From positions 7,232,001 to 7,296,000 of the forward strand of contig OZ244207.1 of NCBI GenBank assembly GCA_965216875.1: DNA of 64,000 nt, in the 5' to 3' direction. Under the pieces are notes generated by a model. The model saw nothing but the letters and a program-made list of their open reading frames with translations. It ran no database searches and was not told where the DNA came from. This document shows positions 1 through 9,596 of this stretch, piece by piece. Source of the DNA: Rubripirellula sp. (lineage in GTDB: Bacteria; Planctomycetota; Planctomycetia; Pirellulales; Pirellulaceae). Position 1 is the stretch's first letter. Each line of letters opens with the position of its first letter. A program made the translations under genes and the position numbers.

Positions 1-1859
1 TCGTAAAGACTCTTAAAAGCGTCCCACCCCGATTGAGTCCAAATGTCGGTATCTTGGCTGCTGCGCCAAAGGCGTGAATCGAGAATCACAAAGGTAAAAT
101 CCCGGTTGGGCATCTTCCAGGATCGCCACTTCTTAGGATTTTCAAGTGGGTCGACCTCTTCGGCACCCGTGATCAAGTGATGAACGATCTGAAAGTTGCG
201 GCGCATGTAGCTGGGATCCTGCCCCAGTCCATCGACCTTGCGAATGATGATCTGTTCCGGACCTTTGACATCGTCCATGCCATAGTCGTGGTCACCTGGA
301 TTGATGACGTTCCAGTGACGCATCATTTGCCAACGGCTTGTGGGGCCACAAATCGATGTTGTCACGACTTTGTACGCGTCGTCCGTGCTTGGTGGATAAA
401 GCACCAATTCCATGTACCAAACGTCGTCTTCCCACACCATGACTTGAAAGTCGTAGTCTTCGAGATGTCGGTAGGCATCGACGGTCGGTTGATCGCGAAA
501 CTGCCAATCGTCACCACCGCCGATCATTTTGTAACCATCGGCAGATTTCGTCTGCAATCCGCTGGTGATCGCGTGGCAGGACAGCCCACAAAGCTTGTAC
601 GGCGCTTTGAGTTGTGGCAGGCGACCGACGTAGGTTCCACGATCCGGGACATCGCCAACCATTCCGGTTCCGGGGCCAGTCGCACTTGTTCCGATCCGCG
701 TGTCGGCGGTGACATCGACGCCATCTTTCCAGACGGTGTAATACAACGTTGTCTCGGCGGGATTCCTTGGTAGGATCGCATCGATGACGGCGGTGTTTCG
801 TCGAAAGTCGTTGCTAAGGATCGCCGCACTGCCAGCAACCGGAACCGATTTCCAGCCGCCAGAAGGATTGGGAGAATCGGCGATCCGAATCTCAGCACGT
901 TCACCGTCGTTGGCAAACAACCCGACAAATCGGACCTGCCATTTTCCGCTCTTGGTTTGAGTCAACGTGTCGCCAAGCGGGTAGCAGGCGTAACACGCAA
1001 CGTTGTCCGCTTCGGACGCGTCGGCGTCGGGGGCATCCACCGTAACGTTGTTGACCTCGAAATCGACGAGGCCTCGTCCGACGATTCCAAAGTAGCCTTG
1101 GGTTTGATGCGTCGGCATTTGACGACGTGTGGTCACCGCGTCGTCACCCTTTCGCATGGTCGCCACAACCGCCGAAGTTGCACCATTGGGGACGACTTCG
1201 ACTTCGATCGAGAATCGGTCACCCGGTTTCAGCGATGGCGCGTCCGTTGATTGAGCGTTTCCCTTTTGTCGATTCTTGCCACTGGTCAAACGCAGCGTTT
1301 GATCGTCGGCCCATGCCGCGAAGGATGTATGGCGGATTTTGTCGTAACTTTCAAAAACCGACTTTGCACCAAACGCAATTCCCATCAAAGCGAAGCCGTC
1401 TTGGTGCATCGACCAACCGGCGTTGTCACCCTCGGGAATGTCGGGTCGGTCACCGCGGTAGGTGAATTCGGCAGAGATTCGATACGCGCCCGCAAGCTTA
1501 AGATCGCGCCGATAGATCACGCCGGTTGGAAGCGACGGGTCGTAGTCCGTTTCCATCACACTCCCTTTCGACATCGAATGAAAGGGAAAGCCGGTGCGGC
1601 GGGCGCGATCACCGATGTTTTTCAGACGTCGACGGAGAGCACCTGACTCAATTTTCCAAAAGCCCGGGTTGAGGGATTCCCACTGCGAGGGAATCACAAG
1701 TGAATCAGGCAGGTCAAACCCGAGTTGGGTGGGGCCGGGCGAAGCTGCTGAAGCGGAACCAGCGACCACGGTGGTCGCTGCGGCCATCGCTGCGGATTGT
1801 TTGAGGAACTGGCGGCGCTGAAGTTCGGACGCAGTGGTGGACTTGGAATCGGGTTTCAT
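1..1859 (-). CDS. Tat-exported PhoD-like metallophosphatase (3' end runs off the window; absent from ORF track)
   Basis: Hand translation from ATG at 1859: MKPDSKSTTASELQRRQFLKQSAAMAAATTVVAGSASA (twin-arginine signal). In the same frame further down: LCGLSCH, MVWEDDVWY and NPGDHDYG, resembling PhoD metal-binding segments. I translated the N-terminus and 241-960, not every codon. Confidence 0.7.
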   Translation of the reverse strand, partial: MKPDSKSTTASELQRRQFLKQSAAMAAATTVVAGSASAASPGPTQLGFDLPDSLVIPSQWESLNPGFWKIESGALRRRLKNIGDRARRTGFPFHSMSKGSVMETDYDPSLPTGVIYRRDLKLAGAYRISAEFTYRGDRPDIPEGDNAGWSMHQDGFALMGIAFGAKSVFESYDKIRHTSFAAWADDQTLRLTSGKNRQKGNAQSTDAPSLKPGDRFSIEVEVVPNGATSAVVATMRKGDDAVTTRRQMPTHQTQGYFGIVGRGLVDFEVNNVTVDAPDADASEADNVACYACYPLGDTLTQTKSGKWQVRFVGLFANDGERAEIRIADSPNPSGGWKSVPVAGSAAILSNDFRRNTAVIDAILPRNPAETTLYYTVWKDGVDVTADTRIGTSATGPGTGMVGDVPDRGTYVGRLPQLKAPYKLCGLSCHAITSGLQTKSADGYKMIGGGDDWQFRDQPTVDAYRHLEDYDFQVMVWEDDVWYMELVLYPPSTDDAYKVVTTSICGPTSRWQMMRHWNVINPGDHDYGMDDVKGPEQIIIRKVDGLGQDPSYMRRNFQIVHHLITGAEEVDPLENPKKWRSWKMPNRDFTFVILDSRLWRSSQDTDIWTQSGWDAFKSLY

Positions 1860-1929
1860 TCGGTAGGGCTCAGGTTGGCGAAATCGCGGGAGCCAACATT
1901 CTATCTACCGAATTGTCGATCGTCTCAGG

Positions 1930-3660
1930 TCACTGCGAAAAGACTTCCAAGGCGGCATCGAGCTCTTCGGTGGTCACAAGCTTTTCGGGAAGCTCGACGG
2001 GAGTCACACTGCGTTTGGCGACTTGACGCGGTGCGTTCTTTGGAGCACGCAGCGAAGCCAAAAACTCGATCACCTTGGCACGCTCTTCCGAAGCCAGCTT
2101 TCGATATTTCGAAGCAGCCTCTTTCGCTTCACCTCCGTGCCAACGGATCGCGTTATCCAGTGTTTTTGCACGACCATCGTGGAGATAGGGGGCCGAATCA
2201 GCGACGCCCCAAAGTGGCGTCGTCTTCCAGTAACGTTGCAGGTCGTCCCAAGTGAGTTGGCCATTTTGAAGTGGCAATGGATGCTCGCCACCTGAATTCT
2301 CGCCACGAGGAAACGTGGGTTCTAACGGACGCTCGTAGGGAATCGGAATCGGCTGCGACAAGCGTCCTGCACCACCTGTGTAGGCAGACGAGAGCTGCAA
2401 GCCACTGGGGAGATTCAAACCCATCGCGGGCACGGTTCGGGAATGTGTGTTCGCAAAGTGGCGAAGTGGACGCCGGGGAATCCTTGCTGAAGGGTTGGGA
2501 GACGCGGGCGTGGGAGCTTGAAGCCGACTCCCCATGTCGTGCAATAGAAAATCGCTGTAGACGCCTGTTGCCGGAATGATGTCCTCGACATGGCAATCGG
2601 CGCACCCGATTTTGAAGAACAGTCGTTTGCCTTGTTTGGCAGCTTCGGCGTGCTCGGGCAGCGCCCCTTCAACCGGCCTTGGCAAGGATCGGATGTAGGC
2701 AATCAACTGTCGAACCTCCGGTTCATTCAGGTCCATCCCTGGACTTTGATAGGTGTCGTCGGCGGCGTCAGGTGGCTGTGGTGTCAGGGGCACCTGCAGT
2801 CCGAGCTCGCCTGCACACGCTCCACGCACGAACGTCTCGAGGTTGGGGGTTTGTGCTCGCCAACCGAATACGCCGGCGCCTAGCAATCCGCGAATGCGGC
2901 CGTTGGTTCGCCGGGCTTGTCGGTTTGCAATGGCCATCCTCTGTTGCCGGTCGATCGAATCGATCAGGCCGAGACCGTAGAGCGCAGGTGAGTTTCGTTG
3001 GCTCATGTAGTAGTCGATTGGCCCCATGCGGCCAGCGACCACAGGTTGGTCGGCGATCGCGTCGATGGTTCGCTTCTTTGACACGAACCAGTGGTCGGGT
3101 AGGTCTTCGACATAGTTACCGACCGCTGCTCGAATCGGGTCGTAAAAGGGACGCGACGACGCCTCGTGCAGCACCACTTCGGTCACCGCATTGCCTTGGG
3201 GCGCCAATAGCGTTGGATAAAGATCGACCAAGGCCTTTTTGCCCGCATCATCTTCGACCTGTTCACGATCAAAGAGGGGTGAACGAGGGTCGAGCGCCAA
3301 GAGCGTGACATTGTGTTCGACACCCGCGCCGCCCCCATCCACGTGGCACGCTTGGCATGAGCGGGCATTGAACATGGGTCCAAGACCGTCCCCTTCGATC
3401 CGTTGCCGAGCACTGCCGCGGCGGCCACGAGGATTGGGCACGTTCTGTGGTTCAGTAGCTGGCTTGTTATAGGACCACTCTTTTTCGAACAGCACTTTGC
3501 CGTTGATTGTCGGGTCAGCAGCCGATGCCGTTTGCGGCGATGCGGAAATCAAGGCGGCCATGAACGACAGAGCGGCCATGATCAATGACGTGACAGTGAT
3601 TGGGGCCGTGCAAGACGATTTCGAATGACGCACAGGCCAAAGTATCCCAGGTCGATTCAT
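1930..3660 (-). CDS. Di-haem oxidoreductase (DHOR) family c-type cytochrome, exported
   Basis: Signal-like N-terminus; DGLGPMFNARSCQACH and LFFKIGCADCH haem motifs; RNSPALYGLGLID, LLHDMG, WKTTPLWG and YLHDGRA motifs. Start set at ATG 3660 (ORF track extends to 3708). Confidence 0.85.
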   Translation of the reverse strand: MNRPGILWPVRHSKSSCTAPITVTSLIMAALSFMAALISASPQTASAADPTINGKVLFEKEWSYNKPATEPQNVPNPRGRRGSARQRIEGDGLGPMFNARSCQACHVDGGGAGVEHNVTLLALDPRSPLFDREQVEDDAGKKALVDLYPTLLAPQGNAVTEVVLHEASSRPFYDPIRAAVGNYVEDLPDHWFVSKKRTIDAIADQPVVAGRMGPIDYYMSQRNSPALYGLGLIDSIDRQQRMAIANRQARRTNGRIRGLLGAGVFGWRAQTPNLETFVRGACAGELGLQVPLTPQPPDAADDTYQSPGMDLNEPEVRQLIAYIRSLPRPVEGALPEHAEAAKQGKRLFFKIGCADCHVEDIIPATGVYSDFLLHDMGSRLQAPTPASPNPSARIPRRPLRHFANTHSRTVPAMGLNLPSGLQLSSAYTGGAGRLSQPIPIPYERPLEPTFPRGENSGGEHPLPLQNGQLTWDDLQRYWKTTPLWGVADSAPYLHDGRAKTLDNAIRWHGGEAKEAASKYRKLASEERAKVIEFLASLRAPKNAPRQVAKRSVTPVELPEKLVTTEELDAALEVFSQ

Positions 3661-4071
3661 CGCAGTCGCCTCCGATTCAGAATGGAATCGATCAAGCAAG
3701 AAAAGCAACTTTTGTTATGACCGATTTTTCACGCGCACGCAAACGTCGCTCGCGACGTGATGGACGGACCGAAACGAGTGCCTTGGTTGGTCAACCCTTC
3801 GATGGGTGAAGGCTCACATTGGACCGAATGTGTCCATCGAATGCAGTCTCATTCGGTCGTCGCATGATCAACGGTGTACGCATGCACGCGGTGACATTCG
3901 CACAGTGAAAAACGCGTTTTTCGCAATCATCAATGGAAAACGCTTGAATGTCCGTTGGTCTTGCATTAACACAAATCTTGGGACGGCGATGGCCATGCTT
4001 TGTCAGTCGTTCCATGGACGAGCCGCATCATGATCTGCGGCTTGGGGGACTCCAAAAAACGGGGGCGTATC

Positions 4072-4758
4072 ATGCTTCGCCAATCGGGCACGTCGGACGG
4101 GCAAACGGTTTTTCTTGACAAGTTCATGCCGGCGCTGGAGGTGCTTCAAGAGGCGGTCAACTACGCGGTTGACACCTCGAACGAGCGATGGGTTTTCGCG
4201 GTTGCGATTTCGGAATTGCGCGAGATGGGGCTGAGCGATAACGACGTTCGCTGGCTTGTCTGCAAGGGAGTTGTGCAGCAGGGGAAGGACCTCTCTTGTG
4301 CTGGCGGACGTTGCGTCGAATCTCAGGCGACGCCCAGCCTTCGCTTCAATGAGCAGAGTTGCTTTGTCCTAACAGACGCGGGGCTCGACTTTGTGAGTCG
4401 AATGGAACACGAGAATCTGCCGGGGGCGCTTCCTGATGAACGCCCGGTTGCACCGGTCACTACCCGGCCTCGCTGGTTAGCCGAAACACGTGAGCTCTAT
4501 TTGGACCAACGTGTGATCAAGCGGTTTCGCTGGCAAGCGGCAAATCAAGAAACGGTCTTGGCGGCGTTCGAAGAAGAGGGATGGCCGCCGGTCGTGCTCG
4601 ATCCACTGCCGCCGAAGACCGAAATCGATTGCAAACGTCGTTTGCATGACACCATCAAAGCCCTCAATCGAAACCAGGAACATGACCTGATTCGGTTCCA
4701 CGGTAACGGCTCAGGGGAAGGTGTTCGCTGGAAACTGGTTTGCGATCCGTTGCCATAA
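4072..4758 (+). CDS. Hypothetical protein with C-terminal winged-helix-like domain, possible regulator
   Basis: C-terminal PRW..ETRELYL..RVIKRF..NQETVLAAFEEEGWP..KRRLHDTIKALNR pattern resembles OmpR-type DNA-binding domains. Start uncertain (4000-4126). Confidence 0.55.
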   Translation: MLRQSGTSDGQTVFLDKFMPALEVLQEAVNYAVDTSNERWVFAVAISELREMGLSDNDVRWLVCKGVVQQGKDLSCAGGRCVESQATPSLRFNEQSCFVLTDAGLDFVSRMEHENLPGALPDERPVAPVTTRPRWLAETRELYLDQRVIKRFRWQAANQETVLAAFEEEGWPPVVLDPLPPKTEIDCKRRLHDTIKALNRNQEHDLIRFHGNGSGEGVRWKLVCDPLP

Positions 4759-4893
4759 TTCGAGGGAGGTTCACCAAGCCTTCCCTTGGCTGTCCCTACC
4801 ACGACTGCCTTCAGGCAACCAAACTTGGTTCGCTCCTTGGTGCGCCCATTGGTGTTCAAGTGCCGAAGCAATCGGTTCGTACGTGGTTGAGGG

Positions 4894-5784
4894 ATGTCTT
4901 TGGCAATGACCTCCGGCAAGACTCAGTTCGTTGGGCGGGGTTGGCAACGCGATTTGCCTGACCCTCGCGATCTTTCCTACGAAGATGCAGCGGTTCAGAT
5001 CTCTCTTTCAGGCATTGACCGAAAACTCGATCATTTGCCGTTGAAGGTCGATCTTAGTCGTGACGCCGATGGTTTCGAATTGTCAACGCCCAGCGATCAG
5101 GGACAGCTTCATGTGTCGTCGGCGATGACGTGCGCGGCGCTTCTCGAGTATTTCCAGAGGCGGTGTTTGCTACAAGATTTTGTCGGTTCCGCAGCTTTTG
5201 TTTATCGCATGACAAAACGAATGCAGGGGCTTGAGGGAAACGTGCCAACGGGCCTGCGTGATTCTCTCAAAGTGATTGCTCGCTTTGGCTTGCCGCCAAC
5301 CTACCTGCTGCCGGATCGTTCGCTCGGCGACACCGAACTCCTTTCGGACCTCTGCTTGCTTGGCTTTCAAGACGCAGTGCGAAACATGATCTACTTTCGC
5401 ATTGCGGCCGAGACCGACCCTTGGGACGACGTTCTACATCGTATCAAGCGGTTTCTGGCCGCCGGATTTCCTGTCACGCTGGGGTTCTCGATGCCGCGCG
5501 GGACGGCCGATACAGGCTTTGTTCCCTACCGTCCCAAATATGACAGCTATTCGGGCGGGCAATCGGTGTTGGTGGTTGGTTACGACGACACGCTACGTCA
5601 CCGCCAACTTGGGTCGCTTCGAATCCGTGGTTGCTGGGGACCGCAGTGGGGGCAAAACGGCTACGGCTGGCTTCCGTACTGGTATGTCTCCCGAGGTCTG
5701 GCACATGACTTTTGGACGGCGATTGGCCCAGCCTGGTCGAACTCTCCCTTTCTATTTGATCCGAGACTCCACGTGACGAGCTGA
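4894..5784 (+). CDS. Papain-like C1 peptidase homologue lacking the catalytic triad
   Basis: GWQRDLPDPRD, LPLKVDLS, DQG, VLVVGYDD and WGPQWGQNGYGWLPY mark bacterial C1A proteins. The Cys, His and Asn positions read Ser, Gln and Gly. Confidence 0.85.
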   Translation: MSLAMTSGKTQFVGRGWQRDLPDPRDLSYEDAAVQISLSGIDRKLDHLPLKVDLSRDADGFELSTPSDQGQLHVSSAMTCAALLEYFQRRCLLQDFVGSAAFVYRMTKRMQGLEGNVPTGLRDSLKVIARFGLPPTYLLPDRSLGDTELLSDLCLLGFQDAVRNMIYFRIAAETDPWDDVLHRIKRFLAAGFPVTLGFSMPRGTADTGFVPYRPKYDSYSGGQSVLVVGYDDTLRHRQLGSLRIRGCWGPQWGQNGYGWLPYWYVSRGLAHDFWTAIGPAWSNSPFLFDPRLHVTS

Positions 5785-6065
5785 GATCGGTGTTCCACCC
5801 GGTTCCCCTAGGCCTTCCGTTGCGAGCCAAGTGCATCGGCAAGCATAAAAGAAGGTGGACCGGCAGCCTTGGACGTGAACCACCCAGCCGTGTTGGCTAG
5901 CGAGGTCGCAAACCTGCGTGCCCAAGTGCTGCAACGCGGCGGTTGGCACCGGCGGCGTGTCGTTGATTCGAGCCCAGCGTCACGCCGCCCAATGCCGCAC
6001 GCTTCCAGTCCATCACCATCACCATGCCGCGCCCCGCGGCGAATGTTCGAGCCATACGTGTGACG

Positions 6066-9000
6066 ATGTTGAAACAGCAACAACACTTCGCGATAGCCTT
6101 TGGATCTCTTCTCATGGTGATCGGCCTTTGCGGATGCGCCGAACCCGAACCGACGGAGACTGACGAAGCGTTCAAGCGAGCCGGCGTCGAGGGCGTTTCG
6201 GTCGCGGCCGCGGCGCAACGCTACAACTACAACACGACTCAGCAGTCGGATCGAGATGGGTACGGTGCCGACAAGGAAGACGGTGAAGAGGGCGAAGAGT
6301 CGTACGGTACGCGAGAGTGGATCGTTTATGACTACTTCCCTGGAATGGATGCGATCAGCGTGCGTCTCGAATCGGAGCCCGATTGTCCTGACCAACTTCT
6401 TGACACATTGGTCAAAACCGATGAGCAGGATTCTGATCCGAACAAGAAATTTGAGCCGGAAGGTCGGCCGCAAACTCAAGTCGTCACGCCGGATCTTTCC
6501 AAGAACGAAATCGTTGGTCGCAATACTTGGATGGCATGGTGCGGTGGCAATGAGGGGTTCTGGGATTGGCTCGCCACCGACAGTGTTGGGTTCATCGACT
6601 TCGTCAAATTGGTCGACACCCGCAAACGCGAACTTCGCTTCAAAGACACCGGCATGATCAATGAACCGGGGATGGAACAGCGAAGCCAACATTCGGAGTT
6701 TGGGCTTTGGCTGGACCAACCCGAGGATGAACGGATTCGTGCATGGCGCAAAGCCTTTGTTCGACAGACGTTCGACAAGATCGCCGACCGCAAACACAAA
6801 TCGCAAGTTGGTTTGACAAAGGGCCCCAAGTACAACGAGGCTCAACAAGAGGAGCTTTATCAAGGTGATGCCAAGGCTTACGCCGACGAAGGTTACCTCT
6901 ATCCCTCGGACTACATTCGAACCGACGGCAAGCGACGCCTCGATTTGGAATATCGTGGCGGTAAAGGGAGCAACGACGCAACCGAGTATGGCGACGAGGA
7001 TCCCGACTACCTCAAAAAGCTCTATGACTCGCGCGACCTGGAAGCGATCTCGCTATACAGCTTCCTCGACAAGACAATCTTGCCCCCCGACATGTATGGC
7101 CTCTCCAGCGGTATCGTTGGGCTGAGGCTCTTTCCGAATCCCTACTTCGACGACGATGCTCGACAGGCTTGGAATGCCAGGCGGTTCTACAACAAGAAGG
7201 ACGACTACTCGACCGACCCTGCGCTCATTCGGCCCTATCGGGTCGGTATGGCATGCGCGTTTTGCCACGCTTCGTTCCACCCGCTGCGCCCGCCACGCGA
7301 CAACCATAACCCAAGTTGGGAGAACATCTCCGGGAACATCGGTGCGCAGTACCTAAGCATGCGAGCTACGGTCGGCAATCTGTTGACGCGCGACCAGTTT
7401 GTTTATCACCTGCTCGACAGCCAGCCACGCGGCACCATCGACACTTCATTGGTTGCGTCCGACAACATCAATAATCCCAACACCATGAACGCTGTGTTTG
7501 GGCTCAAAGAACGCGCGTTTCTATCACTGCACAACCCCCGCGAAGTGATCTCTCGCGCGAGTGTTCAGTTGCCTTCTTTGTACGCGGGACAGCCAAATGA
7601 TCCTGTGCCTCAAGCGATCATAGATGAACTGACAGAATACGGTCTAGGCGACAAGCTTGACCACTTGAACGACGAGCAACGCTACGTTCCGCGCATCTTG
7701 TTGGACGGTTCGGATTCGATTGGCACATGGGGCGCATTGGCACGCGTCTATCTGAATATTGGAACCTATTGGGAACGCTGGAATCAGCTTCATCAGGTCG
7801 TCCTCGGTTTTACCCCGCAGCAACCGTTTCGCATCAACGATTGTGAAAAGTACTCGGTCTATTGGAACGCCACCGAACAGCGTGTTCCTGGCCTGCGCGA
7901 CTATTTCCTGAAAATCACACCGCCAATGCCGCTGTTGTCGACCGAAGGCGGACTTGAACGCATTCACCATCGGCCTCCGGCGACCAACGAGCGTTTTGTT
8001 TCGCGTTCGAAGTCGAGGGATCGAGCGAGTGGGGTGAATGTCGATCTACTGCAGCATGGCCGAAAGGTGTTTGCGAACAACTGCATCGTTTGTCATTCAA
8101 GCATTCAACCTGAAACGGCAATGATGATGAACGACTATTCGGATGATTATTCCGAGTTGGTCGAACGTCGAATGGAGATTCGTTCGGCCAACGAATTGAA
8201 TGGCGAATTCTATGAGCACGACCCAGGACAATGGTTGAACGACCCCGACTACATCCGTTGGGCGGAAGCGGCGGTCGAAAAAAGGGACTTCTGGAACAAC
8301 AACTACCTGTCCAATGACTACCGCGTTCCCGTCACGATCGTGGGGACAAACTCTGCCCGCGCGATGGCGACCAACGGGATGACCGATCACATGTGGGAAG
8401 ACTTCGCCTCTGAAGACTACAGGCAGCTTCCCTCGCCCGGCGAGATTCGATACTTCAATCCGTATGCTGGCGAGAAGGGCGAATGGGATACCTACTCGCC
8501 ACGTCACAAGACGGCGGAAGGCGTGCCGCCTCAAGGCGGAGGCCCCGGGTACTATCGCGTGCCGACGCTGATCTCGATTTGGGCGACTGCGCCGCTGCTG
8601 CACAACAACAGCCTCGGTCTCTACAACAATGACCCAAGCGTCGACGGGAGGCTCGAGGCATTTGACGATGCAATTCGCAAAATGCTTTGGCCAGAGAAAC
8701 GTCTGGAGAGCAGTAGCTACAACGGAGCAACCGCGGAACGGCTCAAACAAGACCAGGGGCTGATATGGCGGACTCCACAAGAGACCTACCTGTCACTTGA
8801 TTCACGCCGCGTCCCCGCGTTTGCCAAGCGTGGGATCGCAAGTGTTGGCTTGTGGCACAACCACCCTTGGCTTAGCTGGCTCGATGACGTGACGCTGCCA
8901 TGGTTGCCATCGCTGATTCTCGTCGTCGCTTCACTGTTCTTGTTGGTTACCGTCATGGCGCGTTACCGACGCCCAATCGGGATCCTGCTCTTGGTCGCAG

Positions 9001-9542
9001 CGGCGGTGCTTGGGATTGCTCTTTGGCTCGGCCGAAGCGTCTCGGTGTTGTCTGTCCTTGACTGGTCGCGTTGGATCTACCCGTGGTGGTTGCCTCTGTC
9101 GATCGTTGTCGTCGTTGGGCTGGCACTGGTCTTGCTCAAGTCGGCCGCAAAGGTGCGCTGGATTGCTTATTCCAAACTCATTGTTGGCATCGTTCTTGGT
9201 GGCATTATCTACTTCAACGCGGGCAGGTTAGGAGACGTCCAGATTGGACCGATTCCCGAGGGCACACCCGTAAACCTGTTGGCGAATTTCAATTCGGAAG
9301 CTGACAGGATTGACCAAGTCAAGAGTGTACGGACGGCCGTTGCCGGACTGGCGGAAATCGAGTCACGCAAACTGCCGAACGATGAAGCTCGAAAACTGCT
9401 ACGCGAGAAGGTCGCTCCTGCGTTGATGTCGGTCAACAAATGTCCCGACTTTGTCATGGACCGAGGCCACTATTTCCCCTGGTTCGATTCGATGGACGAC
9501 AAAGACAAGAACGCTTTGATCGAACTGCTCAAGACCTTTTGA
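6066..9542 (+). CDS. Large dihaem c-type cytochrome lipoprotein (RoxA-like/cytochrome c peroxidase superfamily) with inserted transmembrane module
   Basis: Lipobox-like LCGC after a hydrophobic stretch; CAFCH (7254-7268) and CIVCH (8082-8096); GYYRVPTLISIWATAPLLHNNS; C-terminal GHYF..DKNALIELLKTF; about four hydrophobic helices at ~8900-9220. Confidence 0.8.
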   Translation: MLKQQQHFAIAFGSLLMVIGLCGCAEPEPTETDEAFKRAGVEGVSVAAAAQRYNYNTTQQSDRDGYGADKEDGEEGEESYGTREWIVYDYFPGMDAISVRLESEPDCPDQLLDTLVKTDEQDSDPNKKFEPEGRPQTQVVTPDLSKNEIVGRNTWMAWCGGNEGFWDWLATDSVGFIDFVKLVDTRKRELRFKDTGMINEPGMEQRSQHSEFGLWLDQPEDERIRAWRKAFVRQTFDKIADRKHKSQVGLTKGPKYNEAQQEELYQGDAKAYADEGYLYPSDYIRTDGKRRLDLEYRGGKGSNDATEYGDEDPDYLKKLYDSRDLEAISLYSFLDKTILPPDMYGLSSGIVGLRLFPNPYFDDDARQAWNARRFYNKKDDYSTDPALIRPYRVGMACAFCHASFHPLRPPRDNHNPSWENISGNIGAQYLSMRATVGNLLTRDQFVYHLLDSQPRGTIDTSLVASDNINNPNTMNAVFGLKERAFLSLHNPREVISRASVQLPSLYAGQPNDPVPQAIIDELTEYGLGDKLDHLNDEQRYVPRILLDGSDSIGTWGALARVYLNIGTYWERWNQLHQVVLGFTPQQPFRINDCEKYSVYWNATEQRVPGLRDYFLKITPPMPLLSTEGGLERIHHRPPATNERFVSRSKSRDRASGVNVDLLQHGRKVFANNCIVCHSSIQPETAMMMNDYSDDYSELVERRMEIRSANELNGEFYEHDPGQWLNDPDYIRWAEAAVEKRDFWNNNYLSNDYRVPVTIVGTNSARAMATNGMTDHMWEDFASEDYRQLPSPGEIRYFNPYAGEKGEWDTYSPRHKTAEGVPPQGGGPGYYRVPTLISIWATAPLLHNNSLGLYNNDPSVDGRLEAFDDAIRKMLWPEKRLESSSYNGATAERLKQDQGLIWRTPQETYLSLDSRRVPAFAKRGIASVGLWHNHPWLSWLDDVTLPWLPSLILVVASLFLLVTVMARYRRPIGILLLVAAAVLGIALWLGRSVSVLSVLDWSRWIYPWWLPLSIVVVVGLALVLLKSAAKVRWIAYSKLIVGIVLGGIIYFNAGRLGDVQIGPIPEGTPVNLLANFNSEADRIDQVKSVRTAVAGLAEIESRKLPNDEARKLLREKVAPALMSVNKCPDFVMDRGHYFPWFDSMDDKDKNALIELLKTF

Positions 9543-9596
9543 TCGTGCGACCTGTCGACACGACTGCAATTCCTTTTGACCCTTCGAGTGACCGTG

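Noticed and set aside
177..1821. Several plus-strand ORFs of 75-198 aa
   Set aside because: They are shadows of the minus-strand Tat/PhoD-like gene.
5918..6163. Short ORF with an HHHHH run as a metal-sensing leader peptide
   Set aside because: It overlaps the main gene out of frame and has no clear RBS; a CATCAC microrepeat explains the run.
5808..6863. 351-aa minus-strand ORF
   Set aside because: Antisense to the dihaem cytochrome gene; no motifs.
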